A stretch of DNA of 27,350 nucleotides. It comes from Actinomycetota bacterium. GTDB taxonomy: Bacteria > Actinomycetota > UBA4738. Location of the stretch: positions 1 through 27,350 of the forward strand of contig VAYC01000014.1 of the NCBI GenBank assembly GCA_005885025.1. Reading direction: 5' to 3'. Positions 8,961 through 17,841 of this stretch are shown piece after piece; position 1 is the stretch's first letter; every line of letters starts with the position of its first letter. A program made the position numbers and the translations under genes. Under the pieces are notes generated by a model. It had not been told where the DNA came from, made no database searches, and was given only the letters and a program-made list of their open reading frames with translations.

Positions 8961-9897
8961 CCCCTACGGATTTCGGCTCGGCGTGATCTACCCCTGGAAG
9001 TCCAAGTGGTACGCGCGTAAGGACTACGCCCAGGCGCTCCTCGAAGACGTCAAGGTCCGCCGGTACATCACCTCGAAGCTGACCCGAGCCGGCATCTCCA
9101 ACGTCGACATCGAGCGCAAGGGCGACCAGGTCCAGGTGTTCATCCGGACGGCTCGTCCCGGCATCGTCATCGGCCGGAAGGGCGCCGAGGTCGACCGCAT
9201 CCGCAAAGACATCGAGAAGCTGACCGGCAAGCGGGTCGACGTGAAGGTCGAGGACATGAACCAGGCGGCCAGCGAGCTCCGGCCGGAGACCGACGCGGCC
9301 CTGCTATCCCAAAGCGTGGCGGAACAGCTGGTGGGCCGGGTGTCGTTCCGGCGAGCCATGCGCCGGGCCGTCCAGACCGCCATGAAGGCCGGTGCCCTCG
9401 GCGTGCGGGTGCAGTGCGCCGGTCGGCTGGGCGGGGCGGAGATGTCCCGCCGCGAGTGGTATCGGGAGGGGCGCGTGCCCCTGCACACCCTGCGGGCAAA
9501 GATCGACTACGGCACGGCCGAGGCCAAGACGACGTTCGGCGTGATCGGAGTGAAGGTGTGGGTGTACCACGGAGACCAGATCCCCGCGCAGGAGCAGGAG
9601 ATCGAGCGAGCCCGGGCCAGGGCCCTGGCGGGCGTCCCGGTCGGTCGGTCAGGCGCTGCTTCGACCGGAGCTCTCATCACCGACGTCCGGGAGGTCGACG
9701 AAGGCGTGCCCGTGCCTCCGGCCGAAGTGCCGGAGACCCGCGAGGAACCCGGGCGTCCGGGCGGGGCCCGTCCTCAGGGGGCCCGTCCCCAGGGAGGCCG
9801 CCCCACGGGAGGCCGCCCGGTGGGGGCCAAGGCGCCGCGTCGAACGAGCGGGCGCCCCCCGGGAGGGGTCAAGCGAACCGGAGGGGGCAGGACCTGA
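8944..9897 (+). CDS. rpsC: 30S ribosomal protein S3 with long low-complexity C-terminal tail
   Basis: [32 protein letters not shown] and [10 protein letters not shown]; GTG start after GGAGG. Confidence 0.98.
   Translation: MGHKVNPYGFRLGVIYPWKSKWYARKDYAQALLEDVKVRRYITSKLTRAGISNVDIERKGDQVQVFIRTARPGIVIGRKGAEVDRIRKDIEKLTGKRVDVKVEDMNQAASELRPETDAALLSQSVAEQLVGRVSFRRAMRRAVQTAMKAGALGVRVQCAGRLGGAEMSRREWYREGRVPLHTLRAKIDYGTAEAKTTFGVIGVKVWVYHGDQIPAQEQEIERARARALAGVPVGRSGAASTGALITDVREVDEGVPVPPAEVPETREEPGRPGGARPQGARPQGGRPTGGRPVGAKAPRRTSGRPPGGVKRTGGGRT
9763..9822 (+). repeat. Four imperfect 15-nt tandem repeats in the rpsC tail
   Basis: GGGGCCCGTCCTCAG / GGGGCCCGTCCCCAG / GGAGGCCGCCCCACG / GGAGGCCGCCCGGTG, encoding [20 protein letters not shown]. 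Confidence 0.85.
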
Positions 9898-10313
9898 TGC
9901 TCTCGCCCAAGCGGGTCAAGCACCGCAAGCAGCACCGAGGCCGCATGAGAGGACAGGCCAAAGGGGGGTCGGACGTTCACTTCGGTGACTACGGCCTGCT
10001 GGCGCTGGAGCCTGGTTGGATCACCAACCGGCAGATCGAGGCGGCCCGGGTGGCCATGACCCGGCACATCAAGCGCGGCGGGAAGGTCTGGATCAACATC
10101 TTCCCGGACAAGCCCTTCACCAAGAAGCCGGCCGAGACTCGGATGGGTTCAGGCAAGGGCAATCCGGAAGGGTGGGTGGCCGTGGTCAAGCCCGGTAGGG
10201 TGATGTTCGAGCTCTCCGGGGTCGCCGAACCGGTCGCTCGGGAAGCCATGGACCGGGCCGCTCACAAGCTTCCCATCAGATCCAAGTTCATCGTCCGGGC
10301 AGGCGCCGAATGA
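9897..10313 (+). CDS. rplP: 50S ribosomal protein L16
   Basis: [26 protein letters not shown] and RMGSGKG. Start at the TGATG overlap (9897), not 9414. Confidence 0.98.
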   Translation: MLSPKRVKHRKQHRGRMRGQAKGGSDVHFGDYGLLALEPGWITNRQIEAARVAMTRHIKRGGKVWINIFPDKPFTKKPAETRMGSGKGNPEGWVAVVKPGRVMFELSGVAEPVAREAMDRAAHKLPIRSKFIVRAGAE

Positions 10314-10678
10314 AAGCGACTGAGCTTCGCGAGCTACCCGACGAGGAGCTCCTAGCCCGTCTGGAGGCCAACAAGGAGGAGCTGTTCAACTTGCGGTTCC
10401 AATCGGTCACCGGGCAGCTCGACAACCCGATGCGGATCAAGCAGGTCCGCCACGACATCGCCAGGATCCTGGGGGTGCTCCGGGGGCGGCAGACGGAAGA
10501 GGAGCTCATGGCCGCGGTGGCGGCCGCCGACCGACAGTCGCTCGAGGAGCGCAGGGATGCCATCGCCTCCGGCGAGCTGAAGGGTCGGGCGCTTGGCGAG
10601 ATCGCCGATGAACAGGTCATCGAGCAGGAGGCCGCGGCAGGGGCCGAGGGCCTGCCCGAGGAGGAGGAAGGCGAATGA
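10310..10678 (+). CDS. rpmC: 50S ribosomal protein L29 with about 60-aa acidic C-terminal extension
   Basis: [13 protein letters not shown] and [11 protein letters not shown] core; sits between rplP and rpsQ with ATGA overlaps. Confidence 0.96.
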   Translation: MKATELRELPDEELLARLEANKEELFNLRFQSVTGQLDNPMRIKQVRHDIARILGVLRGRQTEEELMAAVAAADRQSLEERRDAIASGELKGRALGEIADEQVIEQEAAAGAEGLPEEEEGE

Positions 10679-10938
10679 CCGAGTCGGTCCGGACCCAGCG
10701 CAAGGTACGGACGGGAGTGGTCGTGTCCGATGCCATGGCAAAGACCGTCGTGGTTCGCATCTCGAGCCAGGTTCGCCACCCGCTGTACGGCAAGATCGTC
10801 CGGCGCTCCACCAGGCTCAAGGCGCACGATGAATCGTTCGGCGCGGCGGTGGGCGACACCGTGCGGATCATGGAGACCCGTCCGCTCTCGAAGACCAAGC
10901 GATGGCGCGTGGTCGAGGTGGTGGAGAAGGCCAAGTGA
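10675..10938 (+). CDS. rpsQ: 30S ribosomal protein S17
   Basis: [17 protein letters not shown] and [11 protein letters not shown]. Confidence 0.98.
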   Translation: MTESVRTQRKVRTGVVVSDAMAKTVVVRISSQVRHPLYGKIVRRSTRLKAHDESFGAAVGDTVRIMETRPLSKTKRWRVVEVVEKAK

Positions 10939-11303
10939 TCCAGACGGAGAGCCGGTGCCGAGTGGCGGACAACACGGGGGCCAAAGAGGTCCTGGTGATC
11001 CGGGTGCTGGGCGGCTCGGGGCGCCGATACGCCGGCGTGGGCGACATCGTCGTGGGTTCGGTGAAGGACGCGCTCCCCGGCGGTGGGGTGAAGAAGGGCG
11101 AGGTGGTGCAAGGAGTCGTCGTGCGAACGGCCAAGGAACGCCGTCGGTCGGACGGTTCGTACATCAAGTTCGACGACAACGCTGTTGTACTGATCAACGA
11201 ACAGAAGAACCCACGGGGCACCCGGATCTTCGGTCCGGTGGCGAGAGAGCTCCGGGAGAAGAGATTCATGAAGATCATCTCGCTGGCTCCCGAGGTGCTG
11301 TGA
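10935..11303 (+). CDS. rplN: 50S ribosomal protein L14
   Basis: [28 protein letters not shown] and ISLAPEVL; GTGA overlap start at 10935. Confidence 0.99.
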   Translation: MIQTESRCRVADNTGAKEVLVIRVLGGSGRRYAGVGDIVVGSVKDALPGGGVKKGEVVQGVVVRTAKERRRSDGSYIKFDDNAVVLINEQKNPRGTRIFGPVARELREKRFMKIISLAPEVL

Positions 11304-11325
11304 GGACTGGCAGGAGACGAGGCTG

Positions 11326-11649
11326 ATGCGGACGGTTGATATCAAGAAGAACGACGAGGTAGAGGTGATCGCCGGCAAGGACCGCGGCAAGCGCGGCCGG
11401 GTGGTCAACGTCCTGCCTCGAGAGAACCGGGTCATGGTGGAGGGTGTGGCCCGGGCCAAGCGTCACCTCCCCATCCGCCCCACGTCTCGCGGAGGCCAGA
11501 CCGGCGGCATCATCCTGAAGGAACAGTTCATCGACCTCTCGAACGTCATGGTGGTCTGCAAGTCCTGCGGGAAGGCCACGCGGATCGGGCACCGTGAGGA
11601 TTCTGGGATCAAGGTACGGGTCTGCCGGCGTTGTGAGGCGGAGATCTGA
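11326..11649 (+). CDS. rplX: 50S ribosomal protein L24 (two CxxC motifs)
   Basis: KOW motif [11 protein letters not shown] and LSNVMVV; CKSC and CRRC. Confidence 0.98.
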   Translation: MRTVDIKKNDEVEVIAGKDRGKRGRVVNVLPRENRVMVEGVARAKRHLPIRPTSRGGQTGGIILKEQFIDLSNVMVVCKSCGKATRIGHREDSGIKVRVCRRCEAEI

Positions 11650-11650
11650 C

Positions 11651-12283
11651 ATGGCCGAGAAGGAAGCCCCCATTGCACGCCCCGAGCAAGCACGCCCGGG
11701 ACCGACCGCCCCGGCCCCACGGCTCAAGGAGCGGTACATGCATGAGGTGCTGCCCACCCTGATGCGGGAGCTCGAGATCGACAACCCCATGCGGGCTCCG
11801 CGCCTGGAGAAGATCGTGGTGAACATGGGGGTGGGTGAAGCGATCCGCGACGCCAAGCTCCTGGAGGCAGCCGCCGCGGACCTGGCCACCATCAGCGGAC
11901 AGAAGCCGGCCATCACCAAGGCGCGGAAGTCGATCGCCAACTTCAAGCTTCGGGCCGGGATGTCCATCGGGGCGAAGGTGACGCTTCGCGGCAGCCGGAT
12001 GTGGGAGTTCCTCGACCGCCTGCTGTCGACGGCTCTTCCGAGGATCCGTGACTTCCGCGGGCTGAACCCGGACGCCTTCGACGGAAGCGGCAATTACTCG
12101 ATCGGGGTCACGGAACAGCTGATCTTCCCGGAGATCGACTACGACAAGGTCGTGAAGGTCCGGGGCATGGACATCACCATCGTGACGACCGCCCGCGACG
12201 ACGATGAGGCCCGAGCAATGCTGCGGGCCCTGGGGTTTCCGTTCGCTGGGCAGTCGGCCGTTGCGGCTGCGGCGGCGAGCTGA
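11651..12283 (+). CDS. rplE: 50S ribosomal protein L5
   Basis: [29 protein letters not shown] and GMDITIVT. Confidence 0.98.
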   Translation: MAEKEAPIARPEQARPGPTAPAPRLKERYMHEVLPTLMRELEIDNPMRAPRLEKIVVNMGVGEAIRDAKLLEAAAADLATISGQKPAITKARKSIANFKLRAGMSIGAKVTLRGSRMWEFLDRLLSTALPRIRDFRGLNPDAFDGSGNYSIGVTEQLIFPEIDYDKVVKVRGMDITIVTTARDDDEARAMLRALGFPFAGQSAVAAAAAS

Positions 12284-12301
12284 GGGAGGGAAGAGGAGCG
12301 A

Positions 12302-12490
12302 ATGGCCAAGAAAGCATTGATCGAGAAGCAGAAGCGGGCTGGCCGGAAGTTCAGGGTCCGGGCCTATACGCGATGCGCCCGCTGCGGGAGGCCGCGCGCC
12401 GTACTCCAGCGCTTCACCCTGTGCCGCATATGTTTCCGGCAGCTCTCGCATCAGGGCGAGGTGCCCGGCGTGACCAAGGCGTCGTGGTGA
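12302..12490 (+). CDS. rpsZ: 30S ribosomal protein S14 type Z (zinc-binding)
   Basis: CARC...CRICFR and GVTKASW; 62-aa short form (also called rpsN). Confidence 0.97.
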   Translation: MAKKALIEKQKRAGRKFRVRAYTRCARCGRPRAVLQRFTLCRICFRQLSHQGEVPGVTKASW

Positions 12491-12502
12491 GGTGATGAGA
12501 AC

Positions 12503-12901
12503 GTGGTCATGACCGATCCCATCGCCGACCTCCTCACCCGGATCCGCAACGCCGGCATGGCCCGGAAGGACGACGTGATCCTGCCGAGCTCTTCGCTCAA
12601 GGAACGCATCGCCGAGATCCTGGCCTCGGAAGGGTACGTCGCCGGCGCGTCGGCCGAAGGGGAAGGAAAGGGCCGAACGCTGACCATCCGGCTGAAGTAC
12701 GGAGATGCCCGAGAACCTTCGATCACCGGCCTTCAGCGGATCTCCAAGCCGGGCCAGCGCGTTTACGCCGGCAAGGGAGAGGTTCCCAGAGTCTTGGGCG
12801 GCCTCGGAATCGCTATCCTGTCCACCTCTCAAGGCATCCTCACCGACCGCCAGGCTCGCAAGCTCGGCGTGGGCGGCGAGGTCCTTGCCTACGTGTGGTG
12901 A
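12503..12901 (+). CDS. rpsH: 30S ribosomal protein S8
   Basis: [23 protein letters not shown] and GGEVLAYVW. Confidence 0.99.
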   Translation: MVMTDPIADLLTRIRNAGMARKDDVILPSSSLKERIAEILASEGYVAGASAEGEGKGRTLTIRLKYGDAREPSITGLQRISKPGQRVYAGKGEVPRVLGGLGIAILSTSQGILTDRQARKLGVGGEVLAYVW

Positions 12902-12919
12902 CGAAAGGCACGAGTATCC

Positions 12920-13468
12920 ATGTCCCGGATCGGTAAACAGCCCATCGCCATCCCCAGGGGGGTGGAGGTCTCCGTTGACGGGGCTCGCGTCGCGGTGAAG
13001 GGACCGCGCGGGTCGCTCGAACAGTCCTTCCACCGGGACATGCGGATCGTCCAGGCCGACGGCACCCTCCGGGTGGAGCGGCCCAGCGAGGAGCGCGAGC
13101 ATCGCTCGCTGCACGGTCTGACTCGGACGCTGCTCGCCAACATGGTTGAGGGCGTCACCAACGGGTTCGAGAAACGGCTGGAGATCGTGGGCGTCGGGTA
13201 TCGGGCCGCTCTCCGGGGGAAGGATCTCGAGCTGGCTCTTGGGTTCTCTCACCCGGTGACGGTCCCGGCACCTGCGGGCATCGAGTTCGAAGTCCCTGCC
13301 GTCAACCGCATCGTGGTGCGCGGCATCGACAAGCAGCTCGTCGGCGAGGTGGCCGCGGAGATCCGCCAGATCCGAAAGCCCGAGCCGTACAAAGGCAAGG
13401 GCGTACGGTACGAGGGTGAATACGTTCGCAAGAAGGCCGGCAAGGCTGCGAAGGCGGTGACGGCGTGA
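12920..13468 (+). CDS. rplF: 50S ribosomal protein L6
   Basis: [16 protein letters not shown] and [13 protein letters not shown]. Confidence 0.99.
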   Translation: MSRIGKQPIAIPRGVEVSVDGARVAVKGPRGSLEQSFHRDMRIVQADGTLRVERPSEEREHRSLHGLTRTLLANMVEGVTNGFEKRLEIVGVGYRAALRGKDLELALGFSHPVTVPAPAGIEFEVPAVNRIVVRGIDKQLVGEVAAEIRQIRKPEPYKGKGVRYEGEYVRKKAGKAAKAVTA

Positions 13469-13815
13469 TGCGTGCGGAGGCCAAGCGCGAGGCGCGGATG
13501 CGCCGCCACAGCCGCGTGCGGCGCAAGGTGCGGGGCACCGCCGAGCGCCCCCGCCTGGCCGTGTACCGCTCGAACCGGCACATCTACGCCCAGCTCGTCG
13601 ACGATCTGTCGGCTCGCACGCTCATGGCGACCTCCGATCTCGGCGCGGCCGACGGCAACAAGACCGCTCGAGCCAAGAGTGTGGGTCAGGCCATCGCGGA
13701 GCGGGCGCGCTCCATGGGAGTCGAGCAGGTCGTGTTCGATCGCGGTGGCCGGCTGTTCCACGGCCGGGTCAAGGCGCTCGCCGACGCGGCGCGAGAAGCC
13801 GGGCTCTCGATCTGA
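13468..13815 (+). CDS. rplR: 50S ribosomal protein L18
   Basis: [22 protein letters not shown] and [13 protein letters not shown]; start at ATG 13468 or GTG 13465. Confidence 0.98.
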   Translation: MRAEAKREARMRRHSRVRRKVRGTAERPRLAVYRSNRHIYAQLVDDLSARTLMATSDLGAADGNKTARAKSVGQAIAERARSMGVEQVVFDRGGRLFHGRVKALADAAREAGLSI

Positions 13816-13840
13816 CGAGCATCAGGAGAAGAGGGAAGAC

Positions 13841-14437
13841 ATGAGGCGGTTCGACAACCAGGCCGAGAAGAGTCCCTTCGAGGAGCGGGTGGTGGCCATC
13901 AACCGCGTGGCCAAGGTCGTCCGAGGTGGCCGGCGGTTCAGCTTCACTGCCCTGGTCGTGGTTGGGGACGGAGCCGGTCGCGTGGGCGTGGGCTACGGCA
14001 AGGCCAAGGAGGTGCCGGCCGCCATCCAGAAGGGTGTGGAGGTGGCCAAGAAGAGCATGTTCACGGTCCCGCTCATGAACACCACCATCCCTCATGAGGT
14101 GGTGGGCGAGGACGGCGCGGGCATCGTCATGCTGAAGCCGGCCGCTCCGGGGACCGGCGTCATCGCCGGCGGCCCCGTGCGGGCCGTGGTGGAGGCCGCC
14201 GGGATCAAGGACATCCTGTCCAAGTCACTCGGGTCGGGCAATCCCATCAACATCGTCCACGCGGCCATCGCCGGGCTCCGCCGGCTCAGGCGGCCGGAGG
14301 AGATCGCCCGCTTGCGCGGCCGCGATGTCTCGGAGATCGCTCCGCGGCCGATGGTGGAAGGTGTGGCCGACGCCGAAGTGGCCATGGCCGCCAAACGGGC
14401 CCAGTCCGGCCTGGAGGTGGACGGTGCCGAAGCTTAG
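13841..14437 (+). CDS. rpsE: 30S ribosomal protein S5
   Basis: [24 protein letters not shown] and [12 protein letters not shown]; ATG 13841 after a purine-rich SD. Confidence 0.98.
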   Translation: MRRFDNQAEKSPFEERVVAINRVAKVVRGGRRFSFTALVVVGDGAGRVGVGYGKAKEVPAAIQKGVEVAKKSMFTVPLMNTTIPHEVVGEDGAGIVMLKPAAPGTGVIAGGPVRAVVEAAGIKDILSKSLGSGNPINIVHAAIAGLRRLRRPEEIARLRGRDVSEIAPRPMVEGVADAEVAMAAKRAQSGLEVDGAEA

Positions 14438-14618
14438 GGTCACCCAGATCCGTTCGGTCATCGACCGACCGAAGGATCAAAAGGCGACGATCCGCAGGCT
14501 CGGGCTGCTCCGGATCCGCCACTCCGTGGTCAAGGAGGACCGCCCGGACATCCGCGGGATGATCGCCAAGGTCGCCCACCTGGTGAGCGTCGAGAATGTC
14601 GAGGGAGAGGCCCCATGA
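14424..14618 (+). CDS. rpmD: 50S ribosomal protein L30
   Basis: [12 protein letters not shown]...LGL...[12 protein letters not shown]; GTG at 14424 after GGAGG; sits between rpsE and rplO. Confidence 0.95.
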   Translation: MPKLRVTQIRSVIDRPKDQKATIRRLGLLRIRHSVVKEDRPDIRGMIAKVAHLVSVENVEGEAP

Positions 14619-15058
14619 AGGTCCACCACCTGCGCCCTGCCGAGGGATCCGTTCGCCCTCGGCGCCGGCTGGGTCGAGGCAAGGCCGCTGGCCAGGGAAA
14701 GACGGCCGGCCGAGGCACCAAGGGCTACGGAGCCCGCCACAACCCCAAGCCCGGCTTCGAGGGCGGCCAGATGCCGCTCCAGCGCCGGGTTCCCAAACTG
14801 AAGGGGTTCACCAACCCCAACCGAGTGGCGTGGACCGTGGTGAACGTGGGGAGCCTGGCCGATGCCTTCGAGCGGGGCACGGAGGTCACGCCCGAGCTGC
14901 TCCGGGGCCGAGGCATGGCCCGGAAGGGCGCCCCGGTGAAGGTCCTTGGGGAAGGCCAGCTGGACAAGGCCCTGACCGTCCGGGTGCACGCGGTCTCGGC
15001 CTCCGCCAAGAGCAAGATCGAGCAGGCAGGAGGCTCCGTAGAGGTCCTCAGCCTGTAA
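14615..15058 (+). CDS. rplO: 50S ribosomal protein L15
   Basis: RLGRG, GKTAGRGTKG, FEGGQMPLQRRVPK and KIEQAGG. Confidence 0.99.
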   Translation: MKVHHLRPAEGSVRPRRRLGRGKAAGQGKTAGRGTKGYGARHNPKPGFEGGQMPLQRRVPKLKGFTNPNRVAWTVVNVGSLADAFERGTEVTPELLRGRGMARKGAPVKVLGEGQLDKALTVRVHAVSASAKSKIEQAGGSVEVLSL

Positions 15059-15101
15059 ACTGAGGTTCTCGGACGACCGCCTTTCGAGGAACCGCCGAAC
15101 G

Positions 15102-16391
15102 ATGCTGAAAGCCTTCGTCAACTCGTTCAAGATCCCGGATCTTCGCAAGAAGATCCTGTTCACCATCGGCATCATCGCGGTGTTCCGGCTGGGGTCCCAC
15201 ATCCCGGTCCCCAACGTGGATCCCAGCCGACTGGCTGAGCTTCGAAGCGCGACCACGGGTCAGCAGCTCTCTGCGCTGCAATTCATCGACCTCTTCTCGG
15301 GCGGGGCGCTCACCAGGTTCGCAGTGTTCTCGCTCGGGATCATGCCCTACATCACCAGCTCGATCATCATGCAGCTCCTCACAGTGGTGATCCCCAAGCT
15401 CGAGCAATGGCAGAAGCAGGGCGAGATCGGCATCAAGAAGATCACCCAATGGACCCGCTACATGACCGTGACCCTGGCGCTGCTCCAATCGACAGGCCTG
15501 GTTTTCCTGTTCAACAGCTCGCAGTTCACGGGCGGCGCAACAGGCATCGTCCGGCACTTCACGCCTCCGCGGGTGGCCCTCATGGTCATCACGCTCACCG
15601 CCGGCACGGCCATGATCATGTGGCTGGGCGAGCTGATCACCCAGCGGGGGATCGGCAACGGGATGTCGATCCTGATCTTCACCAGCGTCATCTCCCGCCT
15701 GCCCGCGCAGGGAACCGGCATCCTGCACCAGGCCGGCGAGGCCAAGTTCTACTTCCTGCTCCTGCTCGGGATCGCCATCATCGTGGCGGTGGTGTGGATG
15801 GAGCAGGGCCAGCGGCGCATCCCCGTGCAGTACGCGAAGCGAATCGTTGGGCGGCGGATGACTCAGGGCGGGTCCACCTACATCCCGCTGAAGGTGAACC
15901 AGGCCGGAGTCATCCCGATCATCTTCGCCTCCTCGGTCCTGTACTTCCCGACGCTGCTCCAGAACGTGATCCACGTGCAGTGGTTCCAGAACTTCGTGAA
16001 CAACGACCTGCTTCGGCAGTCCAGCTTCATCTACATGTTCATCTATGGGACGCTGGTCGTGTTCTTCGCCTACTTCTACGCGGCCATCTCCTTCAATCCG
16101 CTCGACACCGCCGACAACATCCGGAAGTACGGAGGCTTCATCCCGGGGATCCGACCCGGGAGACCCACGGCCGACTACCTTTCCAATGTCCTGAACCGCA
16201 TCACGTTGCCGGGCTCATTGTTCCTCGCGGCGATCGCCCTGATCCCTTCGATCTTCCTGGCTTACTGGCAGATCACGGCCTTTCCCTTCGGCGGGACCAC
16301 CATCTTGATCACCGTCGGCGTGGCGCTGGAGACCATGAAGCAGCTCGAGTCGCAGCTCATGATGCGGCACTACGAGGGCTTCCTCCGCTAG
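15102..16391 (+). CDS. secY: Preprotein translocase subunit SecY
   Basis: FSLGIMPYITSSII, WLGELITQRGIGNG.S, IPGIRPG and GGTTILI. Confidence 0.99.
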   Translation: MLKAFVNSFKIPDLRKKILFTIGIIAVFRLGSHIPVPNVDPSRLAELRSATTGQQLSALQFIDLFSGGALTRFAVFSLGIMPYITSSIIMQLLTVVIPKLEQWQKQGEIGIKKITQWTRYMTVTLALLQSTGLVFLFNSSQFTGGATGIVRHFTPPRVALMVITLTAGTAMIMWLGELITQRGIGNGMSILIFTSVISRLPAQGTGILHQAGEAKFYFLLLLGIAIIVAVVWMEQGQRRIPVQYAKRIVGRRMTQGGSTYIPLKVNQAGVIPIIFASSVLYFPTLLQNVIHVQWFQNFVNNDLLRQSSFIYMFIYGTLVVFFAYFYAAISFNPLDTADNIRKYGGFIPGIRPGRPTADYLSNVLNRITLPGSLFLAAIALIPSIFLAYWQITAFPFGGTTILITVGVALETMKQLESQLMMRHYEGFLR

Positions 16392-16400
16392 AGGCTCCCC

Positions 16401-17045
16401 ATGCGCCTGGTGCTGCTGGGGCCCCCCGGGGCGGGCAAGGGAACCCAGGCACGGCACCTGGTCGAACGGTTCGGCGCCCCGCTGATCGCCACGGGCGACA
16501 TCTTTCGGTCGAACGTCGCCGAGGGCACCGAGCTCGGCCGACTGGCCAAGGCATACCTCGACGCCGGCGAGCTGGTTCCCGACGAGGTGACCATCGGAAT
16601 GGTGATGCAGGCCATCGATCAGGCCCCCGGCGGGTTCGTCCTGGACGGCTTCCCGCGCAACATCCGGCAGGCGGAGGCGCTGGAGGCAGAGCTTGGGGCC
16701 CGGAACGCGCCATTGTCGGCTGCGTTGGCCTTCCTCGTGGACGAGGAGACCGCTGTGAAGCGCATCGCCGGCCGCCGTACCTGTGCCGACTGCCAGCGTC
16801 CCTACAACGTCTTCTTCGACCCGCCGCGAGCGGAGGGCGTGTGCGACGCGTGCGGTGGGCCACTCCTGCAGAGGACCGACGAGGACGAGCCGACGGTCCG
16901 TCGTCGCCTGGAGGTCTATCGGGAGAGCACCGCGCCTCTCCTCAAGTTCTATTCGGACCGGGGACTGCTCAGGGAGGTCGACGCCGAGGGGACCGAGGCA
17001 GAGGTCACCGAGCGCGTCCTGTCCGCCTTGGCGGACCTGGCTTAG
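16401..17045 (+). CDS. adk: Adenylate kinase with zinc-binding lid
   Basis: GPPGAGKGTQA, LDGFPR and a C-x2-C-x16-C-x2-C lid (16782-16853). Confidence 0.98.
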   Translation: MRLVLLGPPGAGKGTQARHLVERFGAPLIATGDIFRSNVAEGTELGRLAKAYLDAGELVPDEVTIGMVMQAIDQAPGGFVLDGFPRNIRQAEALEAELGARNAPLSAALAFLVDEETAVKRIAGRRTCADCQRPYNVFFDPPRAEGVCDACGGPLLQRTDEDEPTVRRRLEVYRESTAPLLKFYSDRGLLREVDAEGTEAEVTERVLSALADLA

Positions 17046-17058
17046 AGTCGGTGAGACC

Positions 17059-17820
17059 ATGATCATCTTCAAGTCGCCCGAAGAGATAGGCCGGATGCGC
17101 CAGGCCGGGCGTGTCGTCGCGACGACCATCGACCAGCTTCTGGCCGCGGTCCGCCCCGGCCTCACCACCGAGGACCTGGACCGCCTGGCGGAAGAGTTCA
17201 TCCGCGACCAGGGGGCGGTGCCGTCCTTCAAGGGTTACCGAGGTTTCCCCGGGACGATCTGCACCTCGCTCAACCACGAGGTCGTGCACGGAATCCCCAG
17301 TCCCACACGCGCGCTCATTCCTGGCGACGTGCTGAAGCTCGACGTGGGGGCGGTGTGGGACGGCTACCATGCGGACTCGGCCGTCAGCGTGTTCGTGGCC
17401 GGGGCCCCTTCCGAGGAAGCCGAGAAGCTCGTCCGGGCTACGGAGGAGTCACTGGAGGCTGGGATCGCCGCTCTCCGATCGGGGGCCAGGCTGTCGGACG
17501 TCGGCCACGCCGTCCAGCAGGTTGCGGAGGGAGCGGGCTTCAGCTGCGTCCGCGAATACGCCGGCCACGGCGTGGGGCGGGCGCTGCACGAAGACCCTCA
17601 AGTCCCCAACTACGGGGACCCTGGCAGGGGGCCGGTCGTCAAGCCGGGGCTGGTCGTGGCCATCGAGCCGATGGTGAATGTGGGCACGTGGCGAACCCGG
17701 GTGCTGCGTGACCATTGGACGGTGGTCACGGCTGACGGCAGTCTCTCCGCGCATTTCGAACATACCATCGCCGTGACCGAGGACGGGACGGAGGTCCTGA
17801 CGGCTCGTCCGGCGGCCTGA
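17059..17820 (+). CDS. map: Type I methionine aminopeptidase
   Basis: MIIFKS, NHEVVHGIP, DGYHADSA, GHGVG..LHEDP, IEPM and SAHFEHT; start at ATG 17059. Confidence 0.98.
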   Translation: MIIFKSPEEIGRMRQAGRVVATTIDQLLAAVRPGLTTEDLDRLAEEFIRDQGAVPSFKGYRGFPGTICTSLNHEVVHGIPSPTRALIPGDVLKLDVGAVWDGYHADSAVSVFVAGAPSEEAEKLVRATEESLEAGIAALRSGARLSDVGHAVQQVAEGAGFSCVREYAGHGVGRALHEDPQVPNYGDPGRGPVVKPGLVVAIEPMVNVGTWRTRVLRDHWTVVTADGSLSAHFEHTIAVTEDGTEVLTARPAA

Positions 17821-17841
17821 TCGCCCGGCAGGGCAGCGCGC

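Noticed and set aside
16866-16890. Adk QRTDED instead of QRxDD
   Set aside because: A single conservative change with the other motifs intact; no functional claim is supportable.
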